This document shows, in pieces, positions 40,757-51,183 of a stretch of DNA of 64,000 nucleotides. The notes below the pieces were generated by a model that saw only the letters and a program-made list of their open reading frames with translations, made no database searches and was not told where the DNA came from. The first letter of the stretch is position 1; each line of letters begins with the position of its first letter. Both the position numbers and the translations under genes were made by a program. Source of the DNA: an uncultured delta proteobacterium (GTDB lineage: Bacteria > Myxococcota > Kuafuiibacteriia > Kuafuiibacteriales > Kuafuiibacteriaceae); contig CAWDML010000001.1 in NCBI GenBank assembly GCA_963803435.1, positions 288,001 to 352,000 of the forward strand. The letters run 5' to 3'.

Positions 40757-41604
40757 CTCCACACCGTGATTCGCGAGGGGGACGATCTCGACGGATGCGG
40801 CTCGGGCACCGCGAGCGACTCACCGTCGGTCTGCGCATAGTCCGGATCCCACGGGAGCAGGATCGTGAAGCGGTCGTCGATCACCGTCACCTTGGGGAGG
40901 ATGGCCGCGACCGGCCGCGCGCCCGCGCGGGCGATCACCTCGGCCGGCGATCCGCCCCCCATCTCCTCCAGCGTGCGCTGCGTCGGCGGAGGGAGGAACA
41001 TCTCGCCGCGCGCCTGCGCCGCCAGCGCTTCGGCCGGCGTCAACCAGGCTTGCTCCGTGGTCTCGCGCTCGTCGTGCGCCGGCGTCTGCCCCTCGGGGAG
41101 CTCGACCAGAAAGAAGCGGGTGTCGTAGCGGCGCTGCTCGTGCGAGGGCGTGACCCAGTGGGCGAAGTAGGTCAGGCGGTCGAGCCCGAGGCGCCACTCC
41201 TCTTCTGAGAGCATGTCGACGAGCGTCGCCTCCCCGGCCTGGAGTCGCTTGCGCCAGGACGAGATCCGCTCGACCGGCGGCGTCGGTCCGTCGAGGACGA
41301 GGATACCGGCCTCCTCGAACAGCTCGCGACAGGCGGCGCCGTACAGACCCACGGCCTCCGCGTTCGACAGGGGGCGCCCGGGCGTCGGCTCCAGCGTGTC
41401 TTCCACCCGCGCGACGTCAGCCGGCGGGATCAGCTCCCGGAGCCGGCAATCGGCGGGATCAAGCTTCCCGCCCGGGAACACGTACGCGCCCCCCATGAAC
41501 GCGCTCGCTCCGTGGCGCCGCACCAGGAAGACCTCGGTCGTCCCGGCGCCGCGCGCACGGAGGAGCACGACGGTCGCCGCATGTTTCGCGCCGCCCCCCT
41601 GCAC
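40753..41604 (-). CDS. NUDIX hydrolase (NUDT19-like)
   Basis: AATVVLLR, FMGGAYVFPGGKLD, AACRELFEEAG and HWVTP...RRYDTRFF. Confidence 0.92.
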   Translation of the reverse strand: MQGGGAKHAATVVLLRARGAGTTEVFLVRRHGASAFMGGAYVFPGGKLDPADCRLRELIPPADVARVEDTLEPTPGRPLSNAEAVGLYGAACRELFEEAGILVLDGPTPPVERISSWRKRLQAGEATLVDMLSEEEWRLGLDRLTYFAHWVTPSHEQRRYDTRFFLVELPEGQTPAHDERETTEQAWLTPAEALAAQARGEMFLPPPTQRTLEEMGGGSPAEVIARAGARPVAAILPKVTVIDDRFTILLPWDPDYAQTDGESLAVPEPHPSRSSPSRITVWR

Positions 41605-41613
41605 CCTTCGGGT

Positions 41614-44016
41614 TTAGAGGGAGGGGCCGGTGGTGGCAACCCCGTCGAGCGACGGGATCGCCTCCAGCCGCGGGACCACCGGTTCCGTCAACCCCGCTTG
41701 CAGGACCTGCTCCATGTCCTCGACCAGCACCACCTCGAGCTGATTCCGAACCGCCTCGGGGAGATCGTCGAGATCCGCCTCGTTTCTCCTCGGCAGCACC
41801 ACCGTCTTGATCCCCCGGGCGTGCGCGGCCAGCACCTTCGACTTGATGCCGCCGACCGGAAGGACCCGCCCGCGCAAGGTCACCTCACCCGTCATCGCGA
41901 GGTCCGAACGCACCGGCCGCCCGGACAGGAGCGACGCGATCGCGGTGAACATCGTGACGCCGGCCGAGGGACCGTCCTTGGGCGTCGCACCCGCGGGCAC
42001 ATGCACGTGGATGTCGTGACCCTTGAGGAGCGCGTCCGAGACCCCGATCCGCTCGCCGACCGAGCGCACGTAGGTCAGGGCGGCCTGCGCCGACTCCTTC
42101 ATCACCTCACCGAGCTGGCCGGTGAGCACCAGCTTCCCGGAGCCTCCCGGGATCAGCGACGCCTCCACGTAGAGCACGTCGCCCCCGAGCGGCGTCCAGG
42201 CCAGGCCGGTCGCGATGCCCGGCCGGTTCGGCGCCTCGTGCAGCTCGTCCTGGAACTTGCGGCGCCCCAGGTACGACTTGAGGTCGCCGCGATCCACCTC
42301 GAGCGGATGCCCGAGCTCCGACTTCGCCTTCTTCACCGCGGCCGCGCGGAACACCTTGCCCAGCACGCGCTGGAGCTGCCGCACGCCCGCCTCCCGGGTC
42401 CAGCCCGCGATCGCGTCCTCGATCGCCGCGTCGGTGAAGTGCACGTCGCCGTCCGAGAGACCGGCGTTCTCCGCCAGCTTCTTGAGGACGTGGTCCCGTG
42501 CGATCACCACCTTCTCGTTCGGCGTGTAGCCCTCGATCTCGAGGATCTCCATGCGGTCGCGGAGAGGAGGCGGAACGGTGGCGAGATCGTTGGCCGTCGC
42601 GATGAACAGCACGCGGGACAGATCGAACGGCACCTCGAGGTAGTGATCCACGAAGTGGTGGTTCTGCTCGGGATCCAGGATCTCGAGCAGCGCCGACGCC
42701 GGATCGCCCTGCCAGCCGCGACCGAGCTTGTCGACCTCGTCCAGCAGCACCACCGGATCGGCAGTCCCCGCGCGCCGCAGCCCCTCGATCAAGCGACCGG
42801 GCCGCGCCCCCACGTAGGTCCGCCGGTGCCCCCGCAGCTCCGCCTCGTCGCGGACGCCGCCGAGCGCCACGCGCACCAGCTTGCGCTCCGTCGCCTTGCC
42901 GATCGCCTCCGCGATGCTGGTCTTGCCCACTCCGGGCGGGCCCACCAGGAGCAGGACGTCCGCCCGGCCGCGGCCGGCCAACTTGCGCACGGCCAGGTGC
43001 TCAACGACCTGCCGCTTCACGTCCTCGAGCCCGTAGTGGGTCTCGTCGAGCACCTGCTCCAGCGCACCGAGGTCGATCTCGGTGCTCGAGAACGAGCCCC
43101 AGGGCAGGTCCGTGATCCACCCCAGCCAGTCCAGCGCGACCGATCGCTCGGCCGAGCCGTTCTGGATGCGGTCGAGCCTCGCCAGCTCACGATCCACGAC
43201 CTCGCGCACCTCGTCGGGCAGGTCGCGATCCTCCAGCTTCTCCTTGAGCTGCTCGACGTCGCTCTGCGGATCCTTCTCGCCGAGCTCGTCCTGGATCGCC
43301 TTCAGCTGGCGCCGCAGGATCGCCTCCCGCTCGGCACCGCGGATGTCCGTCATCACCCGATCCCGGATCGACTTCTGCGCGCGCAAGATCTCCTGCGCCA
43401 CTGCGATCTGCTCGAGCACCTTTTCCGCGCGCCCCACCGGATCGAGAGTCTCGAGCACGTCGAGCTTCCACTCCGGCTCCGATTCGATCGAGGCCGCGAC
43501 CAGATCGATCAGCGTCGCGGGATCCTCTACGCCTTGCACCACGGCGCCGATCGGAACGTCCGCTCCGAACTCCCGGGCGGCCTCCTGAACCGCGGAGACG
43601 AGACTCCTGCGCATGGCCTCGGCTTCGTTCGTCTTCGGCCAGGGGGCCTCCGCCAGCTCGAACTTCGCCTCCAGGTAGGGCGAGATCTGCACGAACTCGT
43701 TCAGTCGGACCCGCGCCACGCCCTGCAGCGCGACCGCGTGCGGCCGTTGGTCCTGCTCCTCCTCCCTCACCACGCGGGCCAACGTGCCGATCGGCAGCAG
43801 ATCGACCGGCGCAGGATCCTGCACCGGCTCCCGCTGCACGGCGACGATCAGCCAGCCGCCGGGCGGGAGATGCTCGAGCGCCACCAGCGACTTCCGCCGG
43901 GCGATCGCGAAGGGGGAGATGACACCCGGGAGCAGCACGCCCCGCCGGAGCGGCAGGACCGGGAGGCTCGCGGGCAGGTTTTTGGGAACAGTCAGGTCGA
44001 TTCGTCTTTCCGCCAT
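41614..44016 (-). CDS. lon: Lon (La) ATP-dependent protease
   Basis: LON N-domain LPVLPLR, Walker [29 protein letters not shown], catalytic PKDGPSAG and GGIKSK. Confidence 0.97.
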   Translation of the reverse strand: MAERRIDLTVPKNLPASLPVLPLRRGVLLPGVISPFAIARRKSLVALEHLPPGGWLIVAVQREPVQDPAPVDLLPIGTLARVVREEEQDQRPHAVALQGVARVRLNEFVQISPYLEAKFELAEAPWPKTNEAEAMRRSLVSAVQEAAREFGADVPIGAVVQGVEDPATLIDLVAASIESEPEWKLDVLETLDPVGRAEKVLEQIAVAQEILRAQKSIRDRVMTDIRGAEREAILRRQLKAIQDELGEKDPQSDVEQLKEKLEDRDLPDEVREVVDRELARLDRIQNGSAERSVALDWLGWITDLPWGSFSSTEIDLGALEQVLDETHYGLEDVKRQVVEHLAVRKLAGRGRADVLLLVGPPGVGKTSIAEAIGKATERKLVRVALGGVRDEAELRGHRRTYVGARPGRLIEGLRRAGTADPVVLLDEVDKLGRGWQGDPASALLEILDPEQNHHFVDHYLEVPFDLSRVLFIATANDLATVPPPLRDRMEILEIEGYTPNEKVVIARDHVLKKLAENAGLSDGDVHFTDAAIEDAIAGWTREAGVRQLQRVLGKVFRAAAVKKAKSELGHPLEVDRGDLKSYLGRRKFQDELHEAPNRPGIATGLAWTPLGGDVLYVEASLIPGGSGKLVLTGQLGEVMKESAQAALTYVRSVGERIGVSDALLKGHDIHVHVPAGATPKDGPSAGVTMFTAIASLLSGRPVRSDLAMTGEVTLRGRVLPVGGIKSKVLAAHARGIKTVVLPRRNEADLDDLPEAVRNQLEVVLVEDMEQVLQAGLTEPVVPRLEAIPSLDGVATTGPSL

Positions 44017-44146
44017 CGGACGCACTCGGAAACACCTCGATCCGGAGGTCAAATCGTAAATCGTCGATTGGCTATAAATCCCCGGGACCGAGCGAGATTC
44101 GCGCTGCGCTTTTCTTATTCCCGGACCTTTCGGATCATGCGCGCGA

Positions 44147-45436
44147 ATGCTGGATCAGGAGACGCTCCGGCGCCGGGCCCTCGATCGAGTCCTGTTCGAG
44201 GCCGCCTGGAAGAACGAGCGCGTCGCGAACAAGTTTCGCGGCACCATCTGGATCGCCGTGGGCGTCGCGATGATGGCGGTGCGCCCGTCGCCGACGCCGA
44301 TCGTCCACTTCATGTGGGGCGTGCTCGTGCTGGCACTGGACGTGACTTGGATGAGGCACACGTTCGCGCGCTGGATCCCGTGGGTCCTGACCACGGTGGA
44401 CCTCATCGTGCTGGTGGTCGGGATGCAGGCCGGCTACGAGCAGGCGCTCGGGGTGGGGCCACTGTTCGCTGAGCACCACCTGTCCGGCACCGCCGTGGGG
44501 ACGCTGGTGGTCCTGTCCGTGAACATGATGCGCTTCTCCTGGCGCCTCTCGGTATGGTCGACGCTGGTCGCGATCGCCGGCTTCAGCTGGATCCGTCTGG
44601 CGCACGATCGCTTCGATACGCTCAGCTACGTCGACCTGGTCCTCTTCAGCAGCCTCTGCGCGATGCTCGTCTACACCAGCCATCGCTTCAAGAGCATCCT
44701 CTCCCACGTCATGCTGGATCTGCGGGCGGTCCAGGAGGCGCGGCTCGCCTCGCTGTCACGGCTGGTCGCCGGCATCGCCCACGAGATGAACACGCCGCTC
44801 GGCGCCCTGAACGCGAACACGCAGGTGGCCGGTCGCGCGGCCGAGATCATCCGCGCCGAGATCGCCGCGCCCGAGCAGCGCGTCGAGCGGGCCCTGACCT
44901 CGCTCGAGCAGGCAGGCCAGGCCGGTCGGGACGCGGTCGAGCGCGCGATCACGATCGTCGACTCACTCAAGCGCTTCGCCCGGCTCGATCAGTCGGAGGT
45001 GCAGCTCGCCGACGTCCGCGAGTGTCTCGACGCCTGTCTGGAGCTGCTGCCCAGCGAGGCGAAGGCCCGCGTCGACGTCGAGCGGCGCTTCGAAGAGGTC
45101 CAGCGCATCGCCTGCCGGCCGGGACAGCTCAACCAGGCCTTCATGAACCTGCTGGAGAACGCGGTCCAGGCGATCGAGGGCGCGGGCCGGATCGAGATCC
45201 GCGTGGAGGCCCGCGGAAGCGAGGTCGAGATCCAGATCGAGGACAGCGGTTGCGGGATCCCGAAGGAGCGGCTGGCCCAGATCTTCGACCCCACGTTCAG
45301 CAGCGGCGGCTCCCGCACCAAGATGGGCTTCGGCCTGGCGTCGAGCCAAGGCATCGTTCAGGACCACGGCGGAACAATCGCGATCGAGAGCGAGATCGGA
45401 AGCGGCACCACCGTGACGGTCCGCCTCCCCGCCTGA
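44147..45436 (+). CDS. Membrane-bound sensor histidine kinase (no adjacent response regulator)
   Basis: About six TM helices, H-box AGIAHEMNTPLG, N-box QAFMNLLENAVQA, G1 DSGCGI and G2 MGFGL. Confidence 0.93.
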   Translation: MLDQETLRRRALDRVLFEAAWKNERVANKFRGTIWIAVGVAMMAVRPSPTPIVHFMWGVLVLALDVTWMRHTFARWIPWVLTTVDLIVLVVGMQAGYEQALGVGPLFAEHHLSGTAVGTLVVLSVNMMRFSWRLSVWSTLVAIAGFSWIRLAHDRFDTLSYVDLVLFSSLCAMLVYTSHRFKSILSHVMLDLRAVQEARLASLSRLVAGIAHEMNTPLGALNANTQVAGRAAEIIRAEIAAPEQRVERALTSLEQAGQAGRDAVERAITIVDSLKRFARLDQSEVQLADVRECLDACLELLPSEAKARVDVERRFEEVQRIACRPGQLNQAFMNLLENAVQAIEGAGRIEIRVEARGSEVEIQIEDSGCGIPKERLAQIFDPTFSSGGSRTKMGFGLASSQGIVQDHGGTIAIESEIGSGTTVTVRLPA

Positions 45437-45438
45437 GG

Positions 45439-47283
45439 TCAGCCGTCGGGCGCCGGTGCGACGACCGGCAGCGTGGTGGCGCGCTCGTCCCACTTCCAGG
45501 CCCCGGCCGAGATCCGAGCGCCCTCGTCGACCTCGGCCGTGATCAGCTCGGCGCCCTCGGCGAACGTCGGCCTCTCCTTCTCGTCGAAGACGATCCGGCT
45601 CGAGGCGGCGCCCGGCTCCAGCGGGAAGGTGAGCAGGCCTTTGATCGAGCCGTCCTTCACGGCCAGCACGTAGACGGCGGCTCGCTTCTCCATCGGCGCC
45701 TCCACGCCCACCTCGAGGGCGCCGGCGTCGAGCCGGAGCGTCACCGCGTGGGTCGAGGTCGTCCCGGCGGCCTGGAAGAACCTCGCCAGCTGGGAGGCGG
45801 TGAAGGCGTCCTGGCTCGCCTGAAGGACGTGCTTCTCGTGGGCGATCGCCTCGGGGAAGCGCCGGCGCCGGTACTGGACGGTGGCGAGGGTGTCCTCGAT
45901 CGTCGCGAGGCTCTCGTCGGTGGAGCGATCGACGGCGCGCTGCGCGGCGAGCTCGGCGAGCTCGAGCCCCTTCTCGGTGGCCGCCGGCGTGAGCGCGAGC
46001 TCCCAGGCCAGCCGGTTGAGCTCCTCGTACGGGGCCAGGTCGAGCTCCAGGTAGCGCTCGATCGTGCGCACCTCGTCGTCGGGCGCCGGATCGACGAACG
46101 CCAGCGCCGCCTGTCCCAGCCCGGCCGCATAGAGCGCGCCCAGGATCGCGAGGGTGACCATCGCCCAGGGCGGTCGGGCGCCGCGGATGGGGAGGGTGAG
46201 GCCGTCGCCCGCGAGGAGCGCCCCCGTGACGACGCCGCCCAGCAGCCCGCCGATGTGCGCGCTGAAGTCGGCCTCCGGGATCAGCGCGATCGGGAGCGTG
46301 AACACGCCGATCAGGATCCACACGCCGGTGCTGGGGACGAGGAGCGTGGGGATACGCTTGCGGTGCTGGTGGGTGATGAACGCGGCGGCGCCCATCAGGC
46401 CGAAGGCGATCGGGCTGGCGCCCAGCGTCAGGATGCTGCCGCCCGCGAGCATCGCCAGCTCGCCGGCCAGGCCGGACACGAGCATGATCGTGAGCGCGCC
46501 GGCAGTGCCGAGCAGACGCTCGACGATCGAGCCCGCGGCCGCGATTCCGAAGACCACGAAGCCGAGATGGATCAGGCTCGAGTGTAGAAACAGGGCAGAG
46601 ATCAACCGATACAGCTGGCCGTCCTTCACCAGGATCTCGACGTTGGCGCCGAAGCGCACCAGGGCGAACATCCGGTCGAGGCCGCCGCCGAAGTACAGGA
46701 GCAGGCTGGCGACCACCAGGAGCGTGATCGCGCCGATCGTCCCAGGATGCCGGGTGGAGAGCGCCAGCTCGGCGATGCGCGCGTCCCGATCGATCGTCGC
46801 GACGCGCCCGTCGCCGTCGGGGAGCTCGCGAATGCGCTCCCGCACGCGATCCACCAGCAGCGCCGCCGAGCTCATCGACTCGAACAGCCGCGCCGGGAAC
46901 GTGAAGGTCTTGTACGTGGTCTCGATCCAGACCATGCCGTTGTGGGCCAGACGCGCGTAGATCGATCGCACCTCGGAGATCGGGATCTCGACAGCCTCGC
47001 GCGAGAACGCGCTGGCGGGCAGGACCAGGCTGCGCGCCCGGACCTCGATCCACTGCTCGGGCGCGGGCCGCGCCAGCAATCCGAACACGATGAAGGGCCC
47101 CACCACCGACACCAGCACGATCAGGACGGCCAGCCCCCACTGATCGCTGGAGACCTCGCCCTCGAGCAGCATCGAGCCCAGGAAGGCGAGCCCGAGGAGG
47201 CCGGGCCAGGCGAGCCGCAAGAGGGACGGCCGATCGTGGCGAAGGATGAACCGCGCCCTCACACGCTCGCTCCGACCCTCCAC
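45439..47283 (-). CDS. Rhomboid family intramembrane protease with N-terminal extension and C-terminal TPR domain
   Basis: GQLYRLISALFLH...HL, GSIVERLLG, LGAS and AHIGGLLGG. C-terminal LNRLAWEL...IEDTLATVQY TPR. Confidence 0.85.
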   Translation of the reverse strand: MEGRSERVRARFILRHDRPSLLRLAWPGLLGLAFLGSMLLEGEVSSDQWGLAVLIVLVSVVGPFIVFGLLARPAPEQWIEVRARSLVLPASAFSREAVEIPISEVRSIYARLAHNGMVWIETTYKTFTFPARLFESMSSAALLVDRVRERIRELPDGDGRVATIDRDARIAELALSTRHPGTIGAITLLVVASLLLYFGGGLDRMFALVRFGANVEILVKDGQLYRLISALFLHSSLIHLGFVVFGIAAAGSIVERLLGTAGALTIMLVSGLAGELAMLAGGSILTLGASPIAFGLMGAAAFITHQHRKRIPTLLVPSTGVWILIGVFTLPIALIPEADFSAHIGGLLGGVVTGALLAGDGLTLPIRGARPPWAMVTLAILGALYAAGLGQAALAFVDPAPDDEVRTIERYLELDLAPYEELNRLAWELALTPAATEKGLELAELAAQRAVDRSTDESLATIEDTLATVQYRRRRFPEAIAHEKHVLQASQDAFTASQLARFFQAAGTTSTHAVTLRLDAGALEVGVEAPMEKRAAVYVLAVKDGSIKGLLTFPLEPGAASSRIVFDEKERPTFAEGAELITAEVDEGARISAGAWKWDERATTLPVVAPAPDG

Positions 47284-47284
47284 C

Positions 47285-48784
47285 TCAGCGGCTCTCCATC
47301 TCTTCGATCAACCGGGGGCGGAGGACCTCCTCGAAGTAGCGGCCGGCCAGCCCCAGGTCCGGGAGCAGGAGCTCGTCGGCGCCGAACTCGAACTGCGCGA
47401 TCCGCTCGAGGCCGTCGCGCGCGCTGACCGCCGCCTCGTTGAGGTGCGAGAGGCCGCGCGCCTCCAGCTGCGCGTGAAGCATCCAGCCCCGCAGATACGC
47501 CAGATCCTTGGGGAGCCCGAACGAGGCCCGGTTGGACGTGTCGCTGTGTCCGCGGAAGACGCGGTAGGCCGTGCTCCAGGCGTTGGCCGCCGCCGTCCTC
47601 GGCTCGCTTCCGGCCGCGATCCGCATCTCGCGGATCGCCTCGAACACCTCGACGAAGGTCCTGCCCTCGTCGGCGAGTCGGATCGCGAACGTGTAGTAAG
47701 GGAGGGTCGGCGAGGACTCATCCCCGAACATGTCCCGCATGAAGCCGATCTCGCGGTGCTTGGCCAGCCCTTCGTACCAGGTCTCGTCGTCCACCCTGAG
47801 GGCGCCGCCCCCGAAGCCGAACATCAGCGACCCGTTGAGGGACTGGCGGACGTGCTGGTCGACCTCGTGGCAGAGCAGCTCCAGATACTGCTTGTAGGAG
47901 CGATCCTTTGCGGGGATCCCGATGGTCGGCCCTTCGGAGGACTTGTCGCGGACGTCGATGCTCGAGTAGCGGGGATCGACGACGACCCGGAACCTGGCCT
48001 CCGCCGGGACCGGACGCCCCGTGCGGGCCTCGCAGTGCGCGTAGTAGCGCGCGAGCATCCACTCCACGGCGCGGGCGAACTCGGCGGCCGACATCCGCGC
48101 TGGGGACATCATGTAGGCGGCGAGCTTGGGCTCGATCCGGCCGCAACCGGGCGCGCTCGCCTTTTCGTGGGCCCGGGTCTCGACCAGATACCGGTAGACC
48201 ACCCGGGCGGCCTCGAGCAGGTCGTCGTCGACGCCGGCGCCGTACTTCTTGGCGACCGCGCACTTCACGGCGCGATCATCCCGAGCGATCAGGCCGCGGT
48301 CGAGCTCGATCGTCGCGAGATCGTCGTCGATCTTGGCGAGCAGCGCGGACTGCACCAGGCCCGCGATCCCCTCGACTCCGCCCTCGCGAAGCTCGGCCGC
48401 CAGCGCCACCAGGCGCGCCTCGACGGCGTCGATCGTGAGCCCGTGTCGCGCCAGCGTCGAAGCCAGCGTCCCCGTGCTCTGTGCGTAGGTGAAGCGCGGA
48501 TTGGCGCGCACGCCTGCCTGGGCGGCCGCCAGGAATCGCGATCTCACGCCGGCGACGTCGTCGATCGTGAGGAGCTCGACGGGGTTGAAGAAGCGCGTGA
48601 GCTCCGGGATCTCCGCCATCGCCCGCCGGTGACGGGGCGGCAGCGACGCCTCGATCTCCGCGAGGGGGACCAGCGGGATGCGCGAGCCGCGCCCTCGCGC
48701 GAGGGTCTGCTCGAGGCGGAGGATCTCGGTCTGCGTCGGGAGCCGTGACAGGAGCGTCTCGATCGTCGGGTTCGTCTCCAGCAC
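47285..48784 (-). CDS. DUF1704 (QEGLA-motif, MATCAP-like) zinc metallocarboxypeptidase
   Basis: NPRFTY, HExxxH (HEVDQHV), YEGLA, RVFRG and KDLAYLRG. Confidence 0.8.
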   Translation of the reverse strand: MLETNPTIETLLSRLPTQTEILRLEQTLARGRGSRIPLVPLAEIEASLPPRHRRAMAEIPELTRFFNPVELLTIDDVAGVRSRFLAAAQAGVRANPRFTYAQSTGTLASTLARHGLTIDAVEARLVALAAELREGGVEGIAGLVQSALLAKIDDDLATIELDRGLIARDDRAVKCAVAKKYGAGVDDDLLEAARVVYRYLVETRAHEKASAPGCGRIEPKLAAYMMSPARMSAAEFARAVEWMLARYYAHCEARTGRPVPAEARFRVVVDPRYSSIDVRDKSSEGPTIGIPAKDRSYKQYLELLCHEVDQHVRQSLNGSLMFGFGGGALRVDDETWYEGLAKHREIGFMRDMFGDESSPTLPYYTFAIRLADEGRTFVEVFEAIREMRIAAGSEPRTAAANAWSTAYRVFRGHSDTSNRASFGLPKDLAYLRGWMLHAQLEARGLSHLNEAAVSARDGLERIAQFEFGADELLLPDLGLAGRYFEEVLRPRLIEEMESR

Positions 48785-48853
48785 GGGGCGCGGCCGATTC
48801 TAACATCGGTTGCGCGCGAGCGGGTCTTCGCGCAGCATCGCGCGCCCCCTCCG

Positions 48854-50432
48854 ATGGACAAACCTGGCAGATCCGCTGGTCTTTGCGCCCTGGCGCTCGC
48901 CGGCGTGATGCTGCTGCCGCGACGAGCCTCCGCGATCGACTGGGACCTGACGATCCAGAACCGCTTCTTCCTGCAGGTGCTCTCGGAGGACATCCTGCGC
49001 TCCCAGCTGCGCTACGCCACCGTCGACGCCACCACCACCTCGGCCACCGCGCTCGCGTATCAGCTTCACGTGCTCGGCGCCGTCTCCGGCCGCCCGCTCG
49101 AGGAGATGGGCCTCCACCTGGGCCTCGACACCGGCCTGATCGAGCTCGGCGAGGACGGCGCGCTGATCGACGGACGAGACCCCGCCGAGCTGCTGCAGCG
49201 GACCGGCTTCCTCGGGGTCACCGCGATCGATCTGCAGGTCGGAGAGGGGGGAGTCGTCGAGATCCAGGTCGGAAAGCTGCGGCCCCAGATCGGACGGGGC
49301 GCGATCTTCGACGCCTACGCGTTCGGCCTCACGCTCGACGCCGACGGCACGCTCCTCGACGACCCGCTCCCGTTCAGCCTCCGCTTCGGAGCGCTCCTGC
49401 CCGACGCTACGTTCACCTCCGAGGGGAAGCGGAGCCCGCTGTTCGATTCTCGAGCTCGCCTATCACTTCGACCGGCGCACGCAGGTACGCCTGCTCGGGG
49501 TCTTTTTCGTCGAGGGCGACGACAACCTGGCGCCGATCATCTCCGACGCGCTGGTTCGCGGCCGGGCCGAGGAGTTGGTGGAGGCAGGCGAGGAGCGCGT
49601 GGCCAGCCTGCCGCCCGAGCTCCAGAGCGCCGCCCGGCAGCGTCTCGTCGAGCTGCAGGGCACGATCGTCTCCGCGGTCAACCAGGGCGACGTCGGCTAC
49701 GACGTCACCACCCGCGGGTGGCTGGGTTGGTCGGGGTTCCAGGCCGACCTCGGCTTCGGGGACCTCGAGCTGGGCGCGGTCGGGCTGATCGGCTTCGGCG
49801 CCATCGACGCAGTGATCGGACCGAACGCACAGCTGGAGGCGTCGGTGCGGACCGCCCTGGACCGCTTCCCTCGGCTGGCCGACGCGGTCCTCGAGCGCGA
49901 GCGCTCGGAGCAGGCGCTCGCCCTGCTGTCCTATTACCTCGGGCTCGACGCGCGTTACGCGCTCACGACCGACCTTGCCATCGAGCTGTTCGGCATCGCG
50001 ATGAGCGGCGACAACGGGATCCCGTCCCCGCTCGCGGATCCGAGCCCGGGGCGCGCGTATCACAGCTTCGTCAGCATCGCGCCGCTGATCCCGAAGACGG
50101 ACATCTTCTTCGGCGCGGGCGTCGCTCACAACCTGTCCACGCCGACGATCGCGTCCCTCGCACCCGACGGCGCCGGCCTGCTCGCCGGTGGGATCGACGT
50201 GGAGTGGTTCATCCTCAAGAACCTGCGCCTCCACGCGCTGGTGGCAGCGATGGCCTCCTCGGTGACGCGCGACGCGTACGGCGTGGAGCTCGACGCATCC
50301 CTCGACGCGTTCCTGCTCGACTGGCTGATCGCCTCCGCCGACGGCGGGCTGTTCATCCCTGGACAGCACTTTGGAGACGTTCCGATCGGCTACCAGACGG
50401 TGGTCGCCCTGCGCGTCTTGTTTGCGGACTGA
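48854..50432 (+). CDS. Hypothetical outer-membrane beta-barrel protein; frameshift at 49445-49449
   Basis: Signal peptide ending ASA and amphipathic strands. Repair gives PLFDLELAYHFDRRTQVRLLGVFF, joining ORF 49575-50432. C-terminal YGVELDASL...GGLFIPGQHF...YQTVVALRVLF. Confidence 0.75.
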
Positions 50433-50436
50433 GCGC

Positions 50437-51048
50437 TCATCCTTTGACGTCGATCTCGATCGCCTGGCCGATGAAGCCCTCGATCGCCTGCGCCATCGCC
50501 GCGCCCACCAGTGCCGGCTGAGCGGTCTCCACCGGCTGCTCGGCCAGCGCCCGCACCCGATCGAGCATCGAGAGATAGGCGGTCTCGAGACGTCTGATCT
50601 TGCCGTCGACCGCCTCGGGATCCTCCTGCATGTATCCGGCGAACTGAAAGAGCGTGCCGGCGGCCGTCCCGCCGATCGCGCTGTAGCCCGCCGTGCGGAG
50701 GCTCTTGGCGGCGTCGTCCTGCCGCGCGGTCGCGATCGCCGCGATGCCGACGCCCAGGGTGGTCAGCGCGAAGGTTCCATAGGAGAGCGCCTGCAGCGTG
50801 CGCGTTCGCGTTCGCAGGCTCAGCTTGCGTCTCTTCAGGTTGGTCAGCTGCTCCTGATACACCTCCTGCGCCAGGCCGAGGTGATCGACGATCTTGGGAT
50901 ATCGATCGGCGTTGGGAATCACGTTGGCCGCCACCACCCGGCTGTTGTCGGAGACGGTCAGCGTGCTTCGATCGACCAGGTTCGTGGTCCCGGCACACGC
51001 GGTCAGGAAGAGATAGAGCGAAGGGCTGAGGCGAGGTCTCGTGTTCAT
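50437..51048 (-). CDS. Hypothetical lipoprotein with an internal hydrophobic hairpin
   Basis: Lipobox FLTAC, a coiled coil, two Gly/Ala-rich hydrophobic helices and a C-terminal helix. Confidence 0.7.
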   Translation of the reverse strand: MNTRPRLSPSLYLFLTACAGTTNLVDRSTLTVSDNSRVVAANVIPNADRYPKIVDHLGLAQEVYQEQLTNLKRRKLSLRTRTRTLQALSYGTFALTTLGVGIAAIATARQDDAAKSLRTAGYSAIGGTAAGTLFQFAGYMQEDPEAVDGKIRRLETAYLSMLDRVRALAEQPVETAQPALVGAAMAQAIEGFIGQAIEIDVKG

Positions 51049-51130
51049 GGACGCTCGCCCACAGCAAGAGCGAGACCACTCGCGCCGCGCACCGGGGTTC
51101 ACAGCATCCGCGTAACCCTGTGCGCGATGT

Positions 51131-51145
51131 TGGCGCGCCGCGTGC
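51131..51145 (+). promoter_or_regulatory. Possible sigma-54 -24/-12 promoter
   Basis: TGGCGCGCCGCGTGC (GG-N10-GC) about 40 nt upstream of ATG 51184. This could be a chance match in GC-rich DNA. Confidence 0.25.
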
Positions 51146-51183
51146 GCAGCCGCTGCGGAACCGCCGTTGCAGTCGAGGAGAAG

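Noticed and set aside
523-47427. Many long alternative ORFs, such as 523-2334 +, 12773-14920 +, 34930-37614 +, 38147-40840 + and 41512-44472 +
   Set aside because: They are antisense or off-frame shadows of recognisable genes. Their Arg/Gly/Pro-rich composition is expected from stop-codon scarcity at high GC.
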